Source: Bacteroidia bacterium (lineage in GTDB: Bacteria > Bacteroidota > Bacteroidia > AKYH767-A > JBBKVM01). Taken from it: 63,757 nucleotides of DNA. The DNA lies in NCBI GenBank assembly GCA_037969175.1, contig JBBKWX010000055.1, forward strand, positions 1 through 63,757, read 5' to 3'. Shown in pieces: positions 57,315 through 63,757 of this stretch. Within the stretch, counting starts at the first letter, position 1, and the number at the start of each line of letters is the position of its first letter. The notes under the pieces are model-generated. The model saw nothing but the letters and a program-made list of their open reading frames with translations, had not been told where the DNA came from and did not search any database. A program made the translations under genes and the position numbers.

Positions 57315-57322
57315 TAAATTTG
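57315..57322 (+). promoter_or_regulatory. -7 element TAAATTTG upstream of trhO
   Basis: Exact TAnnTTTG followed by C, 20 nt before ATG 57343. Confidence 0.6.
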
Positions 57323-57342
57323 CGGTTGTACAATAATTTATC

Positions 57343-58383
57343 ATGTTGCTTCATAATCGTGTCAATAAAGAAGAGCTCAAAAAGCGTCTTATGGATGAAC
57401 CATTCCGTAGGATAACACTTTCCTTTTATCGCTATATCTTAATTCAGAACACATCCATTTTCCGGGATCAGCTTTATTTTGATCTGGATCAACTCGGTGT
57501 ATTCGGAAGAATTTATATTGCACGCGAAGGGATCAATGCGCAGATCTCTGTGCCGGAAGCAAACTGGAAAGCATTTGAAGACTATCTCGAGTCGAATTTG
57601 TTCTTGAAGGATGTTCCGCTCAAGATCGCTGTGGAAGATGATGGGAAGTCGTTCTATATGCTCAATGTGAAGATCCGGAAAAAGCTTGTAGCTGATGGAC
57701 TGGATGATGATTCTTTTGATGTGACGAATGTTGGAAGACACCTTGACGCTGTTGAGTTCAATGAGATCACTGCTCAGGATGATGCCATTCTGGTTGATAT
57801 GCGGAATCATTATGAATCCGAAATTGGCCATTTCGAAGGAGCTATTTGTCCGGATGCAGATACATTTAGAGAAGAACTCCCCCTGGTACTTGATCTTTTA
57901 AAAGACAAGAAAGATAAACCGATCGTGCTTTATTGTACAGGTGGTATCAGATGTGAAAAAGCCAGCGCTTTTCTCAAACACCATGGATTTGAAAATGTAA
58001 ATCAATTGTATGGTGGAATCATTGCCTATGCAAGTCAGGTAAAGGAATCAGGACTGGAGAATCGCTTCAAAGGAAAGAATTTTGTTTTTGATGAAAGACT
58101 GGGTGAGCGGATCAGTGACGAGATCGTAAGTAAATGCCACCAGTGTGGTAATCCTGCCGATACCCACACAAATTGTGCAAACAGCGATTGCCATTTACTT
58201 TTTATTCAGTGCTCTGAATGTGCTGAAAAAATGCAGGGTTGCTGCTCGGATACCTGTTTTGAATTTATTCAACTCCCATTGGATCAGCAGAAAGAACTAA
58301 GAAAAGGAAAGAAAGATGGGGAGGCTTATATCCATCATAAATCCAGATTAAGACCCAAACTCAGAGAATTAAAAAGATCCTGA
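57343..58383 (+). CDS. trhO: Rhodanese-domain tRNA uridine(34) hydroxylase (YceA/TrhO family)
   Basis: GRIYIAREGINAQ, D.RN.YE..IGHF.GA, YCTGGIRCEKAS, L.GGII.Y, F.GKNFVFDER, Cys-rich C-terminus. Confidence 0.9.
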   Translation: MLLHNRVNKEELKKRLMDEPFRRITLSFYRYILIQNTSIFRDQLYFDLDQLGVFGRIYIAREGINAQISVPEANWKAFEDYLESNLFLKDVPLKIAVEDDGKSFYMLNVKIRKKLVADGLDDDSFDVTNVGRHLDAVEFNEITAQDDAILVDMRNHYESEIGHFEGAICPDADTFREELPLVLDLLKDKKDKPIVLYCTGGIRCEKASAFLKHHGFENVNQLYGGIIAYASQVKESGLENRFKGKNFVFDERLGERISDEIVSKCHQCGNPADTHTNCANSDCHLLFIQCSECAEKMQGCCSDTCFEFIQLPLDQQKELRKGKKDGEAYIHHKSRLRPKLRELKRS

Positions 58384-58405
58384 TTTGTTTTTCTTGTATT
58401 TTCAC

Positions 58406-58413
58406 TAAATTTG
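58406..58413 (+). promoter_or_regulatory. -7 element TAAATTTG driving the SAM riboswitch leader
   Basis: Exact match; TTTG at 58384-58387 is a plausible -33 element. Confidence 0.65.
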
Positions 58414-58431
58414 TAGCTGTTCTTTAAAATA

Positions 58432-58535
58432 ACTTATCAAGAAAGGTGGAGGGACTGAGCCCTTTGAAGCCTTGGCAACCCCGGACTCCGGTAAGGTGCC
58501 AAATCCTGTTCCGCAATATGCGGATTAAGATAAGC
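58432..58535 (+). promoter_or_regulatory. SAM-I (S-box) riboswitch
   Basis: P1 CTTATC/GATAAG; ATCAAGA; P2 kink-turn GGTGGAGGGACTGAGCCC..GAAGCC; P3 GGCAACC..CCGGACTCCGG..GGTGCC; AAATCC; P4 TCCGCA-ATA-TGCGGA; T tract at 58594-58600. Confidence 0.92.
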
Positions 58536-58621
58536 TGTAGAAAATCCATGATATATCCTGCGATTTCTCCGGCTTGCTTCGGAGCATGTCTTCTTTTTTT
58601 GATCTGTTATAATCCGGATCA

Positions 58622-59290
58622 ATGATACGCAGCATACAATTAACAGAAGACGGTAGTCATACAGTGCTTTGTCACGATACTGGCGAGAGTTTCCACTCTG
58701 ATCAAGGAGCGGTGATGGAGAGTATGCATGTTTTTATTGAAAATGGTTTAAAGCATGTTAGCATACAAACAGATCCACTGAGGATTTTTGAAGTTGGCTT
58801 CGGCACAGGACTTAATGCATTGCTGACCTTTGATCAAAATGCTTTATCAAACAGAAAAATTAGTTACGAAACGGTTGAACTTTATCCCATCGAAAAGGAA
58901 GTTTATGTTAAATTAAATTTCAGTTCAAAAATAAATAGTGATCAAAGAAATATTTTACAAGAACTACATAATTCAGAATGGGAAATTGAACATGCATTCG
59001 GAAATTTTAATTTTCAGAAACATCGTATTTCACTACTTGATTTTATTCCAAATAAAAAATTTCATCTGATTTATTTCGACGCATTCTCACCTGATAACCA
59101 GCTTGATTTATGGAGTCTTGAAGTTTTCAAGAAACTATATGAACACACGGAACCGGGAGGAATATTAGTTACTTATTGTGCGAAAGGAGTTGTGAGACGT
59201 ACACTTCAAGCTGTTGGTTTTACAGTGGAAAGATTAACGGGTGCCGGCCGTAAAAGAGAAATGATCCGTGCAACCAAATTAACAAATTAG
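58622..59290 (+). CDS. mnmD: Stand-alone tRNA (mnm5s2U34) methyltransferase MnmD-like
   Basis: T.DGSHT, FHS..GA..ES.HVFI..G, EVGFGTGLN, YFDAFSP...LW, TYCAKG.VRR.L. Confidence 0.85.
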   Translation: MIRSIQLTEDGSHTVLCHDTGESFHSDQGAVMESMHVFIENGLKHVSIQTDPLRIFEVGFGTGLNALLTFDQNALSNRKISYETVELYPIEKEVYVKLNFSSKINSDQRNILQELHNSEWEIEHAFGNFNFQKHRISLLDFIPNKKFHLIYFDAFSPDNQLDLWSLEVFKKLYEHTEPGGILVTYCAKGVVRRTLQAVGFTVERLTGAGRKREMIRATKLTN

Positions 59291-59299
59291 ATCTGCATT

Positions 59300-62200
59300 A
59301 TGACTGATATAAGAGAAGAGTTAAAGAAGAGAATACTGGTTATTGATGGTGCTATGGGGACCATGATACAACGGTATAAGTTGGAAGAGGAGGATTACCG
59401 TGGTGAGCAGTTTGCTAATTGGCATGTGGATGTGAAAGGTAATAATGATCTGCTTTCTCTGACTCGTCCTGACATTATCAAACAGATCCATCTTGATTAT
59501 CTCGAAGCCGGTTCGGATATCATCGAGACAAATACATTTAATTCTACATCCATCTCAATGGCGGATTATGAAATGCAGGAATTTGTGTATGATATTAATT
59601 TAGCTGCTGCTAAGATTGCAAGATCAGCTGCCGACGAAGTAACAAAAAAGAATCCTGCTCAACCCCGTTTTGTGGCCGGTGCATTTGGACCTACAAGCAA
59701 GACAGCATCCATGTCTCCTGATGTAAATGATCCCGGTTATCGTGCCGTAAAATTTGATGATCTGGTTGCAACATATAAAGAGCAAGCTCGTGGCTTGATA
59801 GATGGAGGCGTAGATCTTTTATTGGTGGAAACCGTATTCGATACTTTGAATGCAAAAGCTGCATTGTTTGGAATTCAGGAATATCTAAAGGAGATCGGTC
59901 GCATCATGCCGGTAATGGTGAGTGGTACGATAACAGATGCAAGCGGACGCACTTTAAGCGGACAAACAGCAGAAGCTTTTCTTACTTCCATTTCTCATGT
60001 CGATCTGCTTAGCGTTGGCCTGAACTGCGCTCTGGGAGCCCATGAGATGAGACCTCACATTCAGGAACTTTCAGAAAAAGCACCTTTTTATATCAGCGCA
60101 TATCCAAATGCAGGATTACCAAATCAATTCGGAGAATACGATGAAAGTCCGGAAGATATGGGGCATCATATTCATGACTTTATTGAAAGTGGATTTCTAA
60201 ATATTGTTGGAGGATGTTGCGGTACAACTCCGGATCACATTCGGAAAATTGCTTCACTTGCTGCTGCTGCAAAACCGCGGCTTCTTCCGGTTCGGGATCA
60301 CATGTTACACTTAAGTGGACTCGAACCTTTAGTACTTCGTCCGGAAAGTAACTTCATGAATATTGGAGAACGGACCAATGTAACGGGCTCAAGAAAATTT
60401 GCAAAGTTGATCCTTTCCGGAGATTATGACAGCGCACTCGCTGTAGCCAGAGACCAGGTGGAAGGCGGAGCTCAGGCGATCGATGTAAACATGGATGAAG
60501 GAATGTTGGATGCAGAAGCTGCAATGGTAAAGTTTCTGAATCTGATCGCCGCCGAACCGGATATTGCAAGAGTGCCTATCATGATCGACTCTTCAAAATG
60601 GAATGTGATAGAAGCCGGATTAAAATGTGTTCAAGGGAAAGCGATCGTGAATTCTATCAGCATGAAGGAAGGCGAAACGCAATTTCTTGAGCAAGCTGAA
60701 AAGATCAAGATGTATGGTGCTGCAGTTGTGGTGATGGCTTTCGATGAAGCAGGACAAGCAGATACGTATGAAAGAAGAATTCAGATCTGTGAACGTGCTT
60801 ATAAATTACTTACAGAAAAATTGAATTTTCCTCCCCAGGATATCATTTTTGATCCCAATATTTTTCCTGTTGCTACAGGAATGGATGAGCATAGAAAAAA
60901 TGCGATCGATTTTTATAGTGCCACAAAATGGATCAAGGAAAATCTTCCGCATGCCAAAGTTAGCGGTGGCGTTAGCAATGTGTCATTTAGCTTCAGAGGA
61001 AATGATGTGGTGCGTGAAGCCATGCACTCTGCATTTTTATATCACGGAATAAAAGCGGGTATGGATATGGGTATTGTAAACCCGGCTATGCTGCAAGTTT
61101 ACGATGAGATCCCCGCTGAACTTTTGATAAAAGTTGAAGATGTTTTATTGGATCGAAATGATGATGCTACAGAAAATTTGATTGAATATGCAGAGCGTGT
61201 CAGAGGAACAGGAATAAAAGATGAAAAGGTGGAGGCTGAATGGAGAAAAGAAAGTGTAGAATCAAGATTGAGTCATTCTTTGATAAAAGGAATTACTGAT
61301 TTTATTGAACAAGACATGGAAGAAGCAAGACCTAAATTCAAAAGAGGTCTTGAACTGATAGAAGGTCCATTGATGGATGGGATGAATATCGTTGGGGATC
61401 TTTTCGGATCCGGAAAAATGTTCCTCCCGCAAGTGGTCAAAAGTGCAAGAGTGATGAAGAAAGCTGTTGCTTGGTTATTACCCTATATTGAAGCAGAAAA
61501 AATTGAAGGTGAAGTAAGTCGTAAAGCAGGTGTTGTGCTGATGGCAACTGTGAAAGGGGATGTACATGATATTGGAAAAAATATTGTCGGTGTAGTTTTG
61601 GGATGTAACAATTACGATGTTATTGACATGGGAGTGATGGTTCCTGCAGATAAGATTCTGGATAAAGCAGAAGAGATAGGAGCTGATGTGATTGGCCTCA
61701 GTGGTTTGATCACACCGAGCCTCGATGAAATGGTTCATGTTGCAAAAGAAATGAAACGCAGAGGAATGAATAAACCTTTGCTCATTGGTGGAGCTACTAC
61801 TTCAAGGATCCATACCGCTGTCAAAATTGCACCGCATTATGATCATCCTGTGATCCATGTTAATGATGCGTCTCGCTGTGTGGGTGTGGTAAGCAATTTA
61901 TTAAGCCAAAATAACAGATTAGATTTTCTTTCTTCAATTAAGAACGAATATGAAGAATTAAGAATCAATCATAGTAACAGAAAAGTACAGGATATTTTTG
62001 TCAGCCTTGAAGAAGCGAGAGCAAATGGATATAAATTTGAATGGCAAATGGAACGGCCTAAAGCACCTGCTTTCGTTGGTCTGAAATCATGGACCTATTA
62101 TCCTTTAGAAGAACTTGTAAATTATATCGACTGGTCTCCATTTTTTCATGCCTGGGAATTGAAAGGAGTTTATCCAAAAATACTTGAGGATGAATATGTC

Positions 62201-62983
62201 GGTGAAGAAGCAAAAAATCTTCATCGCGATGCACTTTCTATGCTGGATAAAATAGTAAAAGAGAAATGGATCCAGGCCAGTGGCACCATGTTCATTTATC
62301 CTGCTCAGAGCAATGGTAAAGAAGACGTCATTGTTTACGATCCGCGCATGCGTACTGAAAAGATCGCAACTTTGCACATGCTTCGTCAGCAAACTCGTAA
62401 ACCGGCCGGACAAGCCAATATGTGTCTTGCGGATCTGTTGCCTCCGGTATCCAGCAATGTAATGGGATATATAGGTGGTTTTGCAATTACAGCCGGACTT
62501 GGTATTGATGAGCATGTAGCCCGGTTTGAAGCAGATCATGACGACTACAGTAGCATCATGTTAAAGGCATTGGCTGACAGGCTTGCAGAAGCATTTGCAG
62601 AGCGCATGCATGAACGTGTCCGTAAGGAATTTTGGGGTTATGCAGCAGACGAAAATTTCTCTCCTGCAGAATTGGTGAAAGAAAAGTATGAAGGAATTCG
62701 CCCTGCCCCGGGTTACCCGGCTTGTCCTGATCATACCGAGAAAGCAACCTTGTTTGAGATGTTGGATGCGACAAACAGGACTGGGATCGTGCTTACCGAA
62801 AACATGGCCATGTTCCCAACTGCAGCGGTAAGTGGATACTATTTTTCTCAACCCGGAGTTCCCTATTTTGGGGTCGGTAAAATAAATCGTGATCAGGTTG
62901 AAGACTACGCTTTAAGAAAAGGAAAATCGGTAGAAGAAATTGAAAGATGGCTTGCACCAAATCTTGGATATCAGATGGTTTAG
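59300..62983 (+). CDS. metH: Cobalamin-dependent methionine synthase (full length)
   Basis: [44 protein letters not shown] (B12 binding), RPAPGYP.CPDH; 1227 aa. Confidence 0.97.
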   Translation: MTDIREELKKRILVIDGAMGTMIQRYKLEEEDYRGEQFANWHVDVKGNNDLLSLTRPDIIKQIHLDYLEAGSDIIETNTFNSTSISMADYEMQEFVYDINLAAAKIARSAADEVTKKNPAQPRFVAGAFGPTSKTASMSPDVNDPGYRAVKFDDLVATYKEQARGLIDGGVDLLLVETVFDTLNAKAALFGIQEYLKEIGRIMPVMVSGTITDASGRTLSGQTAEAFLTSISHVDLLSVGLNCALGAHEMRPHIQELSEKAPFYISAYPNAGLPNQFGEYDESPEDMGHHIHDFIESGFLNIVGGCCGTTPDHIRKIASLAAAAKPRLLPVRDHMLHLSGLEPLVLRPESNFMNIGERTNVTGSRKFAKLILSGDYDSALAVARDQVEGGAQAIDVNMDEGMLDAEAAMVKFLNLIAAEPDIARVPIMIDSSKWNVIEAGLKCVQGKAIVNSISMKEGETQFLEQAEKIKMYGAAVVVMAFDEAGQADTYERRIQICERAYKLLTEKLNFPPQDIIFDPNIFPVATGMDEHRKNAIDFYSATKWIKENLPHAKVSGGVSNVSFSFRGNDVVREAMHSAFLYHGIKAGMDMGIVNPAMLQVYDEIPAELLIKVEDVLLDRNDDATENLIEYAERVRGTGIKDEKVEAEWRKESVESRLSHSLIKGITDFIEQDMEEARPKFKRGLELIEGPLMDGMNIVGDLFGSGKMFLPQVVKSARVMKKAVAWLLPYIEAEKIEGEVSRKAGVVLMATVKGDVHDIGKNIVGVVLGCNNYDVIDMGVMVPADKILDKAEEIGADVIGLSGLITPSLDEMVHVAKEMKRRGMNKPLLIGGATTSRIHTAVKIAPHYDHPVIHVNDASRCVGVVSNLLSQNNRLDFLSSIKNEYEELRINHSNRKVQDIFVSLEEARANGYKFEWQMERPKAPAFVGLKSWTYYPLEELVNYIDWSPFFHAWELKGVYPKILEDEYVGEEAKNLHRDALSMLDKIVKEKWIQASGTMFIYPAQSNGKEDVIVYDPRMRTEKIATLHMLRQQTRKPAGQANMCLADLLPPVSSNVMGYIGGFAITAGLGIDEHVARFEADHDDYSSIMLKALADRLAEAFAERMHERVRKEFWGYAADENFSPAELVKEKYEGIRPAPGYPACPDHTEKATLFEMLDATNRTGIVLTENMAMFPTAAVSGYYFSQPGVPYFGVGKINRDQVEDYALRKGKSVEEIERWLAPNLGYQMV

Positions 62984-63064
62984 GCCCAATTCGTTAATAA
63001 CCTTATTTTTTTTATATTTTTGAGGGACACAGGATTCAATTCTAAGCCTTTAAATCTGTTTTTT

Positions 63065-63757
63065 ATGCAACAGTCGCATACCCTTTTCTCAAGGCCCGGC
63101 AAATTCCAACTTCTATTTTGGAGTCTGCTTTTGGTTTTTTCTACTATCTCGTTTAAAGCAAGTTCACAGTCGGCAAAAGTTTGGACACTAAAAGAATGTG
63201 TCGATCATGCTTTGGAGAATAATATTCAGATCAAACAAAGTAGTTTGAATATGGAACTTGCAGCGGATGGTAAAACGCTGAGCTTTGCTGCCATGTTCCC
63301 ATCGTTGAATGCGACTGCATCACATAATTATAATTTTGGAAGAAATGTGGATCCCACAACTAACCTTTTTACCAATGATCAGGTACAGAGTAATAGTTTT
63401 TCCTTGTCCTCAAATCTAACATTGTTCAATGGATTTCAAATGCAGAATTCGTTGAAGCAATCAGGCATAGATCTTATTGCCAGCAAATATGATCTGGAGA
63501 AAATGAAGGATGATATCGCCATGAATGTGGTGAGCGCATATCTCCAAGTTTTATATGCAAAAGATCAATTGAAGAGTAGTGAAGAGCAGTTCAACACAAC
63601 CAAAAAGCAAAGAGAGCGTATTGCAAAATTCGTTGAAGTAGGCAGTCAGCCCAGAGGCGCTTTACTTGACATCGAATCTCAAGTAGCGAGTGATGATTAT
63701 TTGGTTATTAACGCCAAAAATAATCTTGATATTTCTTTATTATCCTTGGCTCAATTG
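63065..63757 (+). CDS. TolC family outer-membrane protein (3'-truncated by the window edge; absent from the ORF track)
   Basis: Translated by hand: MQQSHTLFSRPGKFQLLFWSLLLVFSTISFKASSQSAKVWTLKECVDHALENNIQIKQ...; LFNGFQ; no stop before the window end; TATTTTTG at 63015-63022 upstream. Confidence 0.85.
   Translation, partial: MQQSHTLFSRPGKFQLLFWSLLLVFSTISFKASSQSAKVWTLKECVDHALENNIQIKQSSLNMELAADGKTLSFAAMFPSLNATASHNYNFGRNVDPTTNLFTNDQVQSNSFSLSSNLTLFNGFQMQNSLKQSGIDLIASKYDLEKMKDDIAMNVVSAYLQVLYAKDQLKSSEEQFNTTKKQRERIAKFVEVGSQPRGALLDIESQVASDDYLVINAKNNLDISLLSLAQL

Noticed and set aside
58437-58622. 61-aa minus-strand ORF over the riboswitch
   Set aside because: The region is explained by the SAM-I structure on the plus strand.

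Overview
Gene-dense, almost entirely plus-strand window from an aerobic, probably gliding Bacteroidota bacterium (sprA, T9SS cargo proteins, TAnnTTTG-type promoters, split cytochrome oxidase subunit III). Left part (1-17.9 kb): two T9SS cargo genes, maeB-ruvA-sprA-gcvH-vanZ-tonB, a 590-bp intergenic nest of repeats, and deoC followed by a full-length and a catalytically truncated aldehyde dehydrogenase. Centre (18.0-53.1 kb): a sulfate uptake/PAPS supply module (SLC13 permease, cysC, cysD, cysN, cysQ, with no reductase in the window) directly joined to a ~29-kb Wzx/Wzy-type surface-polysaccharide locus. That locus carries three different sulfotransferases, wecA/B/C/G, amination, amidation, formylation/deformylation and acylation enzymes, a GT-C-like membrane protein, a methyltransferase, an ATP-grasp ligase and a deacetylase. 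Right part: cyoE-coxIII-coxIII-coxIV-SCO-DUF420 and a small CxxC protein, trhO, a clear SAM-I riboswitch in front of mnmD-metH, and a 3'-truncated TolC gene. The best candidate for a little-described system is a multiply sulfated, heavily decorated (possibly glycosaminoglycan-like) surface glycan with its own PAPS supply. No rRNA, tRNA, CRISPR array, transposase or recombinase was recognised. All functional calls come from motif recognition by eye; no database searches were run.
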